Assembly: GCA_963727445.1 (NCBI GenBank)
Contig: CAVSGI010000005.1
Coordinates: forward strand, 64,001 to 128,000
Reading direction: 5' to 3'
Source: an uncultured delta proteobacterium
Lineage (GTDB): Bacteria; Myxococcota_A; Polyangia; Polyangiales; B10-G4
Length of the DNA stretch: 64,000 nt
Below are positions 1 to 10,544 of the stretch, piece by piece. The notes beneath the pieces are model-generated. The model was not told the DNA's origin. It did not search any database and saw only the letters and a list, made by a program, of their open reading frames with translations. How positions within the stretch are numbered: position 1 is the first letter of the stretch; the number at the start of each line of letters is the position of its first letter. The translations under genes and the position numbers were made by a program.

Positions 1-242
1 CTGTCCCGGTAGTAGTCGTGCGAGGAGAGCGCGTTCACGAGGACGTCACGGGCATCGGCGAAGTCCTCCTCGTCGAAGAGCATGTAAGCCTCGTCGTAGG
101 GCGTCTCTTCTCCTCCACAGAACTCCTCGCCGAAGTCCTCCTCGTCGTAGTAGTCGTCTTCGGTGTCGTCCGACGCGGCGGCCGGCGCGGCCGTGGCGAT
201 GATGGCGAGGCCGAAAAGGGCGAGCAGAAGCTTGTGGTGCAT
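1..242 (-). CDS. Secreted acidic protein, possibly TPR-like (runs off the window start)
   Basis: Not in the ORF track because it is partial. ATG at 242 follows a strong AGGAGGAGG RBS and reads MHHKLLLALFGLAIIATAAPAAA-SDDTEDDYYDEEDF...AYMLFDEEDFADARDVL: a signal peptide then an acidic/helical segment. Confidence 0.7.
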   Translation of the reverse strand, partial: MHHKLLLALFGLAIIATAAPAAASDDTEDDYYDEEDFGEEFCGGEETPYDEAYMLFDEEDFADARDVLVNALSSHDYYRD

Positions 243-280
243 CGAGAGTCCTCCTCCTGAGTGTTCGAGCTCGGAGGAAG

Positions 281-296
281 AGCAGCGCCCGTGCCG
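281..296 (-). promoter_or_regulatory. Sigma54 (-24/-12) promoter
   Basis: Minus strand CGGCACGGGCGCTGCT has GG-N10-GC spacing and the GGCACG core, about 40 nt upstream of the ATG at 242. Confidence 0.6.
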
Positions 297-396
297 GCGC
301 GTTTTTTCAACGATCTCCGGGGATCGCGGGCGGCGCGGCGTCAGCCCTGCCGCGCGGCGCGTGTCACAGAGGACGCGATCGCTGGCGCTCGGCGCT

Positions 397-2463
397 TCAG
401 TTCTCGACGACGCGGATGCTCGTGCGGGGCGCGGCTTCGATGTGAAGGCGCGTCTCGAGCGGCTCGCCGAGCGGGTGCGGGAACGTCAGCTCGTAGGCCA
501 TCGCCCGATTCAGGCAACTGTCGATCGCGTAGGGCGTCCCGTTGGGCAGCCGCAGGGTGTGGGCGAGGAGATGTTGCCAGATCAACGTGCCCTCCCACGG
601 TCCCCGGCTCGGAAGCGCGCCCGCGTTCTCGAGACAGCGGCTGAGGAAAGCGGTGCGCGGCGCCAGCGTGCGCTGTAGCTGCGCGGCGCGCACGTCGCCC
701 GAGACGACGGTGAGGGTGACGCTGAGATGCGGCGCCGTCAGCGTCCGTGAAGACCACGACGTCGCATCGACCACGCGCACCGTCCCAGGTCCGTCGATGA
801 CGGCCGCGCGCAAGTGAACGTCGAACGACCAGCCGTCGCCGGTCGGCCGTTGACGGATCACACCGTTCAGCGCCGACCGGCACTGGTCGAGCGCCGCGGG
901 CAAGGCCGGCTGATAGTGGGAGGAGAGCTGGGCACCGTGCGGCCGGTAACTGACCAGGCCGTCGTACGCGACGCCTGGCCGGTGGACATTTTGCTCGACG
1001 CAGAAAGCGAGGCGCCGCCCCTTTTCGAGCAGACGTTGGCGGAAGCGACTCGGCGGCACCGGGCTCTCGCGCACCTCAATCGTGATATCCACGGGATAGC
1101 CCATCGACGCGCTCTCGGGCTCCCCCTCCTCGGGTGCGACCTCGATCGCCCCGGCCGCAGCCTGGCGATGTGGCGCGACGGGTTGGGAAGCACGCTCGAG
1201 CGGCGCCTCCTCGCCGGCGCCGCTGTCGGCAGGTGCGGGGTCGGCCGCCCTCGCATCGACCACCAGAGCAACCGGCTGAACCTGCGCGATGGACGGCGCC
1301 GCGGCCGGCGACTCGGACGAAGGGGTGGGCGAGGACGCATGCATCATCAGCACCGTCACCGCGCTGCCGATGCCAGCCAGCGACACGAGGAGCAGGGCCA
1401 TCACGAGCCTCGTGCGACCGGATCGTTCAGGAGCGTCGGTCTCTTCGGGCTTGGCGTCGGTGACAGCGTCGGGGGGTGGGACGCGCGGCTTTGCTGCCGG
1501 CATGGGCCGCGTCCGCGGTTTCGGCGCGTCCAGAATGGGATCGGGGGCGAGGGCGAGGGTTTGAAGCGTCTCGGGCGGGCGCCACGGCTCGATGTCCTTC
1601 CCCTTGGAATCGTCGAGAGGCGCGAGGGCTGCGTCGAGCTCCGCCGGCGTCTGGTAGCGCTGGTCGGGTTCGGGCTCGAGGCACCGCTCGATCACCTCGA
1701 CCACGGGTCCGAGGTCGCGTCGCGTCTCGGTGAGCCGCGTTCGCTCGTAAGCCAAAAGGCGCGGGAGCACGTCGTGGGCAGGTCCGCGGCCGAAGGGGGG
1801 CTCGCCCGTGACGAGGGCGTGCATGATCGCGCCGATCGCGTAGATGTCGGTGCGGATGTCGACGTCCTCTGCGAACGCCTGCTCCGGTGACATGTAGGTC
1901 GGCGTTCCGACGGCCAGCCCAGTCGCCGTGAGCTTTTCGTAGGTCCGGGTGTCGATGAAGCGCGCCAATCCGAAGTCGACCACCTTGGCGTGGAGTCGCC
2001 CGCCGTTGTCGCGCACGAGCACGTTCCCCGGCTTGAGGTCGCGGTGCACGATGCCGACCTCGTACGCGCCGCCGATCCCCGAGACGATCTGACGGACGAG
2101 GGCGACGGCCTCTGGCACCGGGAGGGTCCCGCGCTCGCGCATGTACGAAGACAAGGTCTGCCCTCGGATCAGCTCCATCGCAATCCACGGCGTGCCGTCC
2201 GGCTCGACGCCGGTGGTCAGCGTGTCGACCACGTGGGGATGCGCGATGAGCCCCGCCACCTCGGCCTCACGCCGAAAGCGCTGCAGGTGCTGCGCTTCCC
2301 CCGACAGCTCGGGGAGCAACACCTTGATCGCCACCTCCTGGGCGGACGCGCGATCGCGCGCGAGGAACACGGCGCCCATCCCGCCCTGTCCGAGCGGGCG
2401 CTCGATCGAGAACCGCCCGTCACCGACGGTTCGGTTCAGCCACTCTGCCCGAGCGCGCGTCAC
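397..2463 (-). CDS. Membrane Ser/Thr protein kinase with periplasmic tandem Cys-containing domains
   Basis: [24 protein letters not shown] and GTPTYMSPE motifs; TM segment LVMALLLVSLAGIGSAVTVLMM; C-terminal extracytoplasmic region. Confidence 0.9.
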   Translation of the reverse strand: MTRARAEWLNRTVGDGRFSIERPLGQGGMGAVFLARDRASAQEVAIKVLLPELSGEAQHLQRFRREAEVAGLIAHPHVVDTLTTGVEPDGTPWIAMELIRGQTLSSYMRERGTLPVPEAVALVRQIVSGIGGAYEVGIVHRDLKPGNVLVRDNGGRLHAKVVDFGLARFIDTRTYEKLTATGLAVGTPTYMSPEQAFAEDVDIRTDIYAIGAIMHALVTGEPPFGRGPAHDVLPRLLAYERTRLTETRRDLGPVVEVIERCLEPEPDQRYQTPAELDAALAPLDDSKGKDIEPWRPPETLQTLALAPDPILDAPKPRTRPMPAAKPRVPPPDAVTDAKPEETDAPERSGRTRLVMALLLVSLAGIGSAVTVLMMHASSPTPSSESPAAAPSIAQVQPVALVVDARAADPAPADSGAGEEAPLERASQPVAPHRQAAAGAIEVAPEEGEPESASMGYPVDITIEVRESPVPPSRFRQRLLEKGRRLAFCVEQNVHRPGVAYDGLVSYRPHGAQLSSHYQPALPAALDQCRSALNGVIRQRPTGDGWSFDVHLRAAVIDGPGTVRVVDATSWSSRTLTAPHLSVTLTVVSGDVRAAQLQRTLAPRTAFLSRCLENAGALPSRGPWEGTLIWQHLLAHTLRLPNGTPYAIDSCLNRAMAYELTFPHPLGEPLETRLHIEAAPRTSIRVVEN

Positions 2464-2469
2464 GCCGGG

Positions 2470-3873
2470 TCACACCCCGACCAACCCCAAACGCCGCTTC
2501 GGCCGTCCCGACTCGTCGAAGGGCACCGGGTAGTCGCCGCTGAAGCAGGCGTCGCAGTAGCCTTTGCCGCCGACGGCGGCGTGGAGGCCTTCCTGGGTGA
2601 GGTAGCCGAGGGAGTCGGCGTGGAGGTAGCGGCCGATCTCTTCTTCGGTGTGGCTGGCGGCGATGAGCTCGCTGCGGCTCGGGGTGTCGATGCCGTAGAA
2701 GCACGGCCAGCGCGTGGGCGGCGAGCTGATGCGCAGATGCACCTCGGCGGCACCCGCGTCCTTCAGCATGCGCACGATCTTTCGGCTCGTCGTGCCGCGC
2801 ACGATCGAGTCGTCGATCACGGCGACGCGCTTTCCGTCGAGGACGTGGCGCTGCGGGTGCAGCTTGAGGCGAACGCCGAAATGCCGGATGGACTGCTGCG
2901 GCTCGATGAAGGTGCGGCCGACGTAGTGGCTGCGTATCAGGCCCAGCTCGAAGGGGGCGTCGAGCTTCTCTGCGTAGCCGAGGGCAGCGGCCATGCCGCT
3001 GTCGGGCACCGGGATCACCAGGTCGACGTCCGCGGGCGCCTCCTCGGCGAGCTTGCGGCCGAGGTTCTTGCGCGCCTCGTAGACGCTGATCCCGCCGAGC
3101 ACGCTGTCCGGCCGCGCGAAGTAGACGTACTCGAAGATGCACATGCGCGGCTCGGCCTTCTGGAAGGGCTTGAGGCTCCGCAGGCCGAACTGGTTGAGCA
3201 CGACCATCTCCCCCGGCTCGACGTCGCGGGTGAAGGTGCCGCCCATGAGCTCGAAGGCCGGTGGCTCCGACGCCACCATGTACGTGTCCTTGAGCTGGCC
3301 GAGGCAGAGCGGGCGGATCCCGTGGGGGTCGCGCACGGCGACGAGCTCTTGGTCGGTGAGGAACACCATCGAGTAAGCGCCGGTCACCTGGCTGAGCGCG
3401 TCCGCGATCCGGTCCACGGTCGTCGGCGCCTTGCTCCGGGCGATCAGGTGCACGAGCACCTCGGTGTCGCTGGTGGTGGCAAAGATGCTGCCGTTCGACT
3501 CGAGCTGGGTGCGAATCTCGTCGGCGTTGGTGAGGTTGCCGTTGTGCCCGAGGGCGATGCTGCCATGGGCGTAGTCCACCGCGATGGGCTGCGCGTTCTT
3601 CAGGTTGGTCTCACCGGTGGTCGAGTAGCGCACGTGGCCGATGGCGCGGTCGCCCACGAGGCGTGCGAGGGTCTCGGCGGGGAAGACGTCCTGCACCAGG
3701 CCGAGGTCGCGGTGGGCGAAGAGGGTGGTGCCGTCGGTGGAGACGATCCCCGCCGACTCCTGTCCGCGATGCTGCAGGGCGTGCAGGCCGAGGTAGGTGA
3801 AGTTGCTCGCCTCCTCGTGGCCCCAGACGCCGAATACGCCGCATTCGTCGCGAAAGCTGTCGCCGTCTCGCAT
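2470..3873 (-). CDS. purF: Amidophosphoribosyltransferase
   Basis: Propeptide [63 protein letters not shown] and C-terminal CDACF. Start moved to ATG 3873. Confidence 0.97.
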   Translation of the reverse strand: MRDGDSFRDECGVFGVWGHEEASNFTYLGLHALQHRGQESAGIVSTDGTTLFAHRDLGLVQDVFPAETLARLVGDRAIGHVRYSTTGETNLKNAQPIAVDYAHGSIALGHNGNLTNADEIRTQLESNGSIFATTSDTEVLVHLIARSKAPTTVDRIADALSQVTGAYSMVFLTDQELVAVRDPHGIRPLCLGQLKDTYMVASEPPAFELMGGTFTRDVEPGEMVVLNQFGLRSLKPFQKAEPRMCIFEYVYFARPDSVLGGISVYEARKNLGRKLAEEAPADVDLVIPVPDSGMAAALGYAEKLDAPFELGLIRSHYVGRTFIEPQQSIRHFGVRLKLHPQRHVLDGKRVAVIDDSIVRGTTSRKIVRMLKDAGAAEVHLRISSPPTRWPCFYGIDTPSRSELIAASHTEEEIGRYLHADSLGYLTQEGLHAAVGGKGYCDACFSGDYPVPFDESGRPKRRLGLVGV

Positions 3874-3948
3874 TGCGCGCGGATCCTGCGGCCGGCCGCG
3901 GCCCATGTAAATGGTGACAACGCACGGTCCGGGGATTAGAGCGTTTTC

Positions 3949-5037
3949 GTGCCCTACGGCCCTCGCTGCCTGGTCCTCGCCGTCCTGGCCTGGTGGCCGG
4001 CGACGATCGCCTCCGCCCACCTGGGTAGCGCCAAGTACCTGGACGTGGCGCTCGGGGAGGAGGAAGTGGTGGTGGACGTGGCCGTGGAGGCAGTGGACGC
4101 CTCCATGGAGCTGGGGCTCGGCGAGACGGTGGACGAGGACGCGCTGGCACACGACAGTGATCGCATCGGCGCGTGGCTCACCGAAGGCATCCACGTCGAG
4201 AGCGCCGGCGGCCCCTGCCGTGCGACCCCTTCTCCGATCCTCTTCACCACCCGCGACGAGCGGCGCTTCATCGAGCTCACCCTGCGCTACGAGTGCCAGG
4301 GCACCGGCCCCTACGTCCTCGAGGACACGACAATCTTCGAAGACGACCCCCAGCACGAGGCCTTCGTGCGCGTGGCCCTGAGCGGCGACACCGATGCGCG
4401 CATCCTCCGGCGTGGCCGGCAGCGCACCGAGCTCGGCACGCCCCCCACCTGGCAATCCCTCGTCACCCTCTACCTCATGGAGGGCGCGATTCACCTGGCC
4501 ACGGGCTACGACCACATCCTCTTCCTGCTCTCCCTGGTCCTCGCCGCGGGCCTGGTCGCCGTGCGGCGCAGCCAGAAGGACGCGCTGCGGGACGTGGCGA
4601 TCATCGTCACCTCCTTCACCGTCGGTCACAGCGTCACGCTGGTCGCCGCCGCCCTCGAGTGGGTCGTCCTTCCGACGCGCCCCGTCGAGGCGCTCATCGC
4701 CCTGTCGATCGTCGTCGTCGCGCTCATGAACGTCATCAAGCCCGGCGACCGGCGTCCCATGCCGTACCTGGCCGTCGGCTTCGGACTGATCCACGGCTTC
4801 GGCTTCTCGTCGGTGCTCGCCGAGCAGGGGCTCCCCGCGCAAAAACGAGTGCTCGCCCTGGTCTCCTTCAACATCGGCATCGAGGTCGCGCAGCTCCTCT
4901 TCGTCGCCCTTCTGCTCTGGCCACTGGCCCGCCTCGCGCGGAACGAGGTGGCCTACCAGCGCTGGCTGGTGCGCGGCGGCTCCTTCGCCATCGCTGCCCT
5001 CGCCGGTGTCTGGTTCGTCGAGCGGGCGTTCCTCTGA
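3949..5037 (+). CDS. HupE/UreJ family membrane protein with N-terminal exported domain
   Basis: Signal peptide ending [34 protein letters not shown] and FNIGIEVAQ motifs. Confidence 0.85.
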   Translation: MPYGPRCLVLAVLAWWPATIASAHLGSAKYLDVALGEEEVVVDVAVEAVDASMELGLGETVDEDALAHDSDRIGAWLTEGIHVESAGGPCRATPSPILFTTRDERRFIELTLRYECQGTGPYVLEDTTIFEDDPQHEAFVRVALSGDTDARILRRGRQRTELGTPPTWQSLVTLYLMEGAIHLATGYDHILFLLSLVLAAGLVAVRRSQKDALRDVAIIVTSFTVGHSVTLVAAALEWVVLPTRPVEALIALSIVVVALMNVIKPGDRRPMPYLAVGFGLIHGFGFSSVLAEQGLPAQKRVLALVSFNIGIEVAQLLFVALLLWPLARLARNEVAYQRWLVRGGSFAIAALAGVWFVERAFL

Positions 5038-5169
5038 CGGTGCAGCGCCGGGTCGAATGACGCGAAAGGGGTCTCGCGCGCTCGTCGTCCTTGCGACGCG
5101 ACCGACGCCCGTCGCGATCTCCCCTTTCACGTCATTGGACCAGGCACTAAACTCGCCCGCCCACGCCTC

Positions 5170-7870
5170 ATGGCCAAGAAACGTCAGCTCAGGCGCATCG
5201 AGTCGATCATCCCCCGTCGCGCCCATCACTTCGGGGGCAAGGCGCGGAACCTCGCGGCGCTCGCGCGGGCGGGCTTCCCGGTCCCGGCCGCCTACGCGCT
5301 CAGCGGCGAGGTCTGTCGCGAGTTTCTGCAGGAGGTGCTGCCCGCGGCAGACCGCCTCGACGCTCTCCTCGAGCGCGGCAGCCGGGCCACGCCCAAGCGC
5401 CTGTCGGAGATCGGTGAGCGCGTTCGCAGCGCGCCGCTCCCCGAACCCCTGGCCCAGGAGCTGACCCGATCCCTCGAAGCGCTGCAGCGCGCCGGCGCGC
5501 GCGCCGTGGCCGTGCGCTCCTCTTCGAATCGCGAGGACGAGGACGCGGCCTCCGCGGCGGGTCTTCACGACACCTTCCTCGACGTGCGCACGCCCGAGGA
5601 GCTGCACGACGCGGTGCGCGCCGTGTGGGCGAGCCTCTTTCAGGCGCGTGTGCTCGGCTATCTGCGCACCGTCATCCACACCGAGGACGCCTCGATGGGG
5701 GTGGTGATCCAGGCGATGGTGCCGGCCGACGTGAGCGGCGTGATCTTCACCGTCAACCCGCTCACGGGTGACCCGGGCGAGATGGTGCTGAACGCCGCCT
5801 GGGGGCTCGGCAGCTCGGTGGTGGATGGGCGCGTCTCCCCCGACACCTACCGCGTGGATCGGGCGACCGGGGGCCTTCGGGATCGCGTGCTCGGTACGAA
5901 GCGTCACCGCGACGTGGTGGCAGCGGAGGGGGGCATCCGCGAGGAGCAGGTTCCGGACTCGCTCTCGGGTGCCCCGGCGCTCACCGACGCCATGCTCTCC
6001 GAGCTCGTCGATCTCGCCTCGCGCATCGAGGAGCATTTCGGCACCGCGCAGGACGTCGAGTTCGCCATCGCCCGCGGCACCATCTACGTGCTCCAGAGTC
6101 GGCCGGTGAGCACCATCTCGCCCGGCTTCTCCGCGCGCAGGCCGCACAAGAAGGGCGTCGACCGCGGACGCATCGTCTGGTCCAACGCCAACGTCGGGGA
6201 GGCGCTTCCCGGTGTGGCGACGCCGCTCACCTGGTCGGTGCTCTCCAACTTCAGCGAGCTCGGTTTCCGGCGCGCCTTCGGTTCCCTCGGCTGCCGCGTC
6301 CCCAGAGACGCCGAGCTCTTCGGCAATTTCCGCGGGCGCATCTATCTCAACCTCACGGAGCTCACCTCCATCGCGAGCCAGGTGCCCGGCCTCAAGCCCC
6401 GAACGCTGCTGAGCCTCGGCGGCGGTGGGGAGCTCGAGCGCCTCGAGGCTGACCTCGAGGAGCGTAGCTCTCTCGGCTTCTTCCTCCGCCTGCCGATGAC
6501 GGCCAGCCGCTTCGCGCAGGAGAACTATCGCCTGTCAGCACGCGTCGCGGAATTCGAGGAGGCCTTCGATCTCGAGCGCGCGAACTACGGCGCGATGGAC
6601 CTTCGCGTGCTCTCGCCGTCGGCGCTGGGCAAGACGCTCAAGGACATCGAGCAGCTTCTCGACGACGCGGGCGCGGTGATGCTCAACTGCTACGGCAACC
6701 TGCTCCTGTCGGTGGTCACCCTCCGCGCCGTCCTGCGCGTGGTCAGCGCGCGCCACGCCGAGCGCATCGAGCGCTCGCTCCTGACGGGCCTCGCCGATGT
6801 GGAGAGCGCCGCACCCGGGCTCGCGCTGTGGCACATCGCGGAGATGGCGCGGGTGGAACCCGAGGTGCGCGCGCTGATCATGGAGCGGCCGGCGTCGGAG
6901 CTCGCGGTTCAGGACCTGCCCGACGGACCGACACGCCGCGCCCTCGAGAAGTTCATCGCTGCTTATGGCTTTCGGAGTGCACGGGAGGCGGAGATTGCCA
7001 CGCCGCGCTGGCGCGAGGACCCCTCGCTGCTCTTCGCCACGCTGCGCGCGCACCTCGCTGGCGAGGGCAGGGAGCAGCCGGTCGAGGTGGAGCGGCGCCA
7101 GCGGAACGTGCGGGACTCGGCGGCGCGGGAGCTCGACCGCCTCCTGCCGGGGCCCGCGGCGATGGCGGTGCGGCACCTGCTCTCGCTGGTGCAGCGCTTC
7201 ATGCGCCTCAGGGAGCGTCTGCGTTCCCACGTCACGCTGATCCTCGGGATGTTCCGCGAGGTTGCCCTCGACGCTTCGCGCCGGCTCCTCGCGCGCGAGC
7301 CTTCGAATCGGGCCGGACTCGGCCTTCTTCCTGACGCTCGAGGAGCTTCACGCGGTGCTCCAGGGCGACCAGCGCTCGCTCTCGGCGCTCGTCAAACAGA
7401 GGCGGCGGCAGTACGAGCGCGACAGCGCCCTCGCCGATCCGCCCGGCACCTTCGTCGGCTATCCCCCGGAGGTGCCCGGTCCCATCCCGGACACCGACGC
7501 GCTGACCGGCCTCGCGGCGAGCTCGGGGAGGGTTCAGGGAAGGGCGCGCGTGCTCGCTTCACCCGCCGACGCGCGCGAGCTCGCCTTCGGAGAGGTGCTG
7601 GTGGCGCCCTACGCCGACGTCGGCTGGTCGCCGCTCTTCACCGTGGTGGCCGCGGTGGTCACCGACCTGGGCGGGCCCTTGAGCCACGCGTCCATCGTCG
7701 CCCGCGAGTACGGCGTGCCTTCGGTGGTCAACGTCAAGCACGGCACGCGCGTCATCCAGACGGGTGATCTGGTCGAGGTCGACGGCGACGCGGGCACGGT
7801 GCGGATCCTGGAGACGCGCGCCTCTGCTGCGGATCAGGAGGCGGTCGACCAGAGCGCGGCGGCGACGTGA
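5170..7870 (+). CDS. PEP-synthase-like / rifampicin-phosphotransferase-architecture enzyme (one frameshift near 7306)
   Basis: [25 protein letters not shown] and DVEFAI...LQSRPV ATP-grasp motifs; central helical domain; swivel domain [17 protein letters not shown] lies in a second frame. Removing one base joins the two into about 899 aa. Confidence 0.85.
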
Positions 7871-8571
7871 GCGAAGCGCGAGTCCGCGTCGTGCACCGAG
7901 ACGCGGCGCTTCTGGTGTTGGAGAAGCCGAGCGGTCTGCCCACCACCTCGCCGCCCGGCGGCGCCGAAGCGCTCACCGACATCGCGGCGCGTCTCGACCC
8001 GGACGCCCCGCACCTGCACGCGAGCTCGCGTCTGGACGCCGAGGTCACGGGGCTCGTGACGTTCGCCCGCACCCGCGCCGCGAACGTCGCGCTTCTCGCC
8101 GCCCGCAAGGCCGGGGCTTACCGGCGTCTCTATCTCGCTCTCGCCGCAGCGGCGCCGTCGCCCGATTCTGGAACGCTCGAGGGTGCGATCGGCCTCGACC
8201 TCGGCGATCCGCGCAAGCGTCGCATCGACCCGCGGGGCAAGCCCGCCGAGACCGCCTACGAGACTCGCTTCTCGAACGAGCACGTCGCGCTCGTCGCGCT
8301 CCGGCCCGCGACCGGGCGCACGCATCAGCTGCGCGTTCACGCCGCCGACGCCGGCTTCCCCTTTCTCGGCGACGTACACTATGGCGGCGAAAAGCGCGTC
8401 ACCCTCGCCAACGGTCGCGTGGTGACTGCGCGCCGCGTGATGCTGCACTGCGCCGAGCTGGTGCTCCCGGACGTCGTGGCGGGGAAGGGGACGCTGACGA
8501 TGAGATCGCCACCCCCCGCGGACTTCTGCCGCGTGTTCGAAGGGCTCGGCGGTGACGCGTCGGCGCTCTGA
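7867..8571 (+). CDS. RluA-family pseudouridine synthase
   Basis: KPSGLPT, SRLDAEVTG (catalytic Asp), TGRTHQLRVH, GDVHYG and LHCAEL; overlaps the upstream stop (GTGA). Confidence 0.9.
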   Translation: MSEARVRVVHRDAALLVLEKPSGLPTTSPPGGAEALTDIAARLDPDAPHLHASSRLDAEVTGLVTFARTRAANVALLAARKAGAYRRLYLALAAAAPSPDSGTLEGAIGLDLGDPRKRRIDPRGKPAETAYETRFSNEHVALVALRPATGRTHQLRVHAADAGFPFLGDVHYGGEKRVTLANGRVVTARRVMLHCAELVLPDVVAGKGTLTMRSPPPADFCRVFEGLGGDASAL

Positions 8572-9549
8572 TCAGGCGTCTGGCTCGCCGGAGAGCGTGA
8601 AAGCTTCGATCTCGCGGGTCAGCGACCGAAAGATCGCCTCTTCTATCTCGTAGACGCCGCCCGCGCTTCGCTCGACGTTGCGCTGGTAGACGAAGACGCG
8701 GGTGACCTTGGCCTGATGATCGGCATCGGCGGTCAGATCGAGGAGCGCCTCGGTGCGGGGGTCGACGCCGTCGGCGACGACCTCGGCGCCCGGCGAATCG
8801 ACGACCACCACCAACGCTCCGTCGAGGAGGGCATGGGCCGTCTCGTCGAGCCGACCGAGGGCGCGCTGCACTTCGCGCTCGAACTGCTCCGGCGCGAGGG
8901 TCCAGGGCGGCCTCGGCCCCATCGCGTCGAGCTCGCGGCAGCGCAAAAATGCCACGGTGGCGCCGCGGGTGTCGCCGCGCGCCTCGAGCACCATGCCCAG
9001 GTAGTACTGGATCTCCGCGCTCTCGGGCTCGCCCTGGGCGGCCGCGATCACGTGCTCGGCGCCGCCGTCGACGTCCCCCACTTCGATCTTCGCGCGGCCC
9101 ACCAAGAAGGCGAGGCCGGGCTGCTCGAAGGGCCCGTTCGGGAGCCGGCGCGCCACCCGACTCGCCTCCTCGACGTCGCCGGTCGCGAGGAGCGCGTCGA
9201 CCTTGAGGAGCAACGCGTCGGTGAGCTCGTCGTCGCTCTCCATCAGCTCGAGGGCGTCGTCGATGAGGCTCAGCGCGCCGGGATAGTCGGCGAGGGGATC
9301 GATCAGCACCTCGGCCGCGTTGAGCATCGCCTCGACGAAGGTGTCGTCGAGCTCTACCGCCTGCTTGTAGTGCTCGAGGGCATCCTCCGCGTTGCCTTCT
9401 GCGGCGTGGATGTAGCCCATGAGGTTGTGGACCTCCGGGGACTCCCCGTCGAGCTCCAGCCCCTTCTGGGCAGAGATGAGCGCACCCGCGAAGTCGCCGC
9501 GCGACACGAGGTCCCATCCCCAATCGAGATGAGCGGTGAACTGATCCAT
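8572..9549 (-). CDS. TPR protein with C-terminal degenerate minimal-zincin-like domain
   Basis: Several TPR-like helical repeats; C-terminal VFVYQRNVER...EIEEAIFRSLTREIEAF resembles a minimal zincin but lacks HExxH. Confidence 0.7.
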   Translation of the reverse strand: MDQFTAHLDWGWDLVSRGDFAGALISAQKGLELDGESPEVHNLMGYIHAAEGNAEDALEHYKQAVELDDTFVEAMLNAAEVLIDPLADYPGALSLIDDALELMESDDELTDALLLKVDALLATGDVEEASRVARRLPNGPFEQPGLAFLVGRAKIEVGDVDGGAEHVIAAAQGEPESAEIQYYLGMVLEARGDTRGATVAFLRCRELDAMGPRPPWTLAPEQFEREVQRALGRLDETAHALLDGALVVVVDSPGAEVVADGVDPRTEALLDLTADADHQAKVTRVFVYQRNVERSAGGVYEIEEAIFRSLTREIEAFTLSGEPDA

Positions 9550-9665
9550 GGGGCGCCGAGGGGGTCCAACCATTGCGACGCGGGAAGGTACGGGGAAAGG
9601 CTAGGGAGTCAAGCTGGCCGGAAGTCTCGCCGGGTGCCTGCTAGACTTCGCCCATCCGGCCCCCC

Positions 9666-10544
9666 GTGACCACGCTCCTCCGCGCTCTCGTCCCCCTCGT
9701 GGTGCTCCTCTCGAGCGGGTGTCTGGCTTTCGTCCCCGAGCCCGAGGGGCATTGGAGCTGGGGGCAGACGGCGGACGGCGTGCTGGTGAGAGGCGTTCCG
9801 CTCGAGGATCGCGGCGAGGGCTTCGTCCGTGCGCGGCCGGGCGAATCCACGCGCTTCGGCACGCCGACGATGCACGACTCACTGACCCACGCCGCGGCGT
9901 CGGTGGCCCGCGCGTTTCCGGGAAGCGCGCCGCTGCGCATCGGCGACATCAGCTATCCCGGCGGCGGTCGCCACCCACGCCACGGGAGCCATCGCACCGG
10001 GCGCGACGTCGACGTCATCTTCTACGTCACCGACGCGAGCGGCCATTCGGTGCGGGGGCGCGGTTGGATCGCCTTCGACCGCTTCGGCGTCGCGCGCGAG
10101 ACGGACGCGCCCGACGGCGTCATACCTTCGAACGAGCTCTTCTTCTTCGACGACGCACGGAACTGGCACTTCGTCCGGACGCTGCTGTTGGACGAGTCGG
10201 CGCGCGTGCAGTGGATCTTCTGCTCGCGCGGGATCAAGGCGCGGCTCCTCGAGTACGCGATGGCCTACGAGACGGATCCGCGCGCCATCCACCGCGCGGC
10301 GTGGGTGCTCCATCAGCCCTCGCGCGGCAACCCCCACCAGGACCACTTCCACGTCCGCATGGGATGCACGCCACAGGAGCGCGCGGCGGGGTGTTGGCAG
10401 CGCGAGCCGCTCTGGCCCTGGCTTCGGGACGAGACCGGGCAGAAGCCGGCGTTCGGCGAGCAGCCGAGCCGGGACGACGATGCGGCGCTGTACGATGCGC
10501 TCATGAGGGAGCTGCCGGAGGAGGGAGGGGTCGGTGACTCCTGA
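9666..10544 (+). CDS. Penicillin-insensitive murein endopeptidase (MepA-like) lipoprotein
   Basis: Lipobox LSSG-C; IGDIS, HGSHRTGRDVD and HQDHFHVR zinc-ligand motifs. Confidence 0.85.
   Translation: MTTLLRALVPLVVLLSSGCLAFVPEPEGHWSWGQTADGVLVRGVPLEDRGEGFVRARPGESTRFGTPTMHDSLTHAAASVARAFPGSAPLRIGDISYPGGGRHPRHGSHRTGRDVDVIFYVTDASGHSVRGRGWIAFDRFGVARETDAPDGVIPSNELFFFDDARNWHFVRTLLLDESARVQWIFCSRGIKARLLEYAMAYETDPRAIHRAAWVLHQPSRGNPHQDHFHVRMGCTPQERAAGCWQREPLWPWLRDETGQKPAFGEQPSRDDDAALYDALMRELPEEGGVGDS

Noticed and set aside
1990..3939. Long antisense ORFs (e.g. 1990-3939, 16422-17978, 25977-27635, 45773-47539, 57290-58921)
   Set aside because: They mirror well-supported genes on the other strand, which is expected from high-GC codon bias. 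They have no motifs of their own.
5040..5169. Rifamycin-associated regulatory inverted repeat upstream of the RPH-like gene
   Set aside because: No convincing inverted repeat seen; only a plausible TTTCAC-N17-TAAACT promoter.
3874..6147. 1225 aa ORF suggesting a giant PurF fusion
   Set aside because: The extension is antisense to the HupE/UreJ and phosphotransferase genes, and PurF needs its Cys near the N-terminus. The start is 3873.
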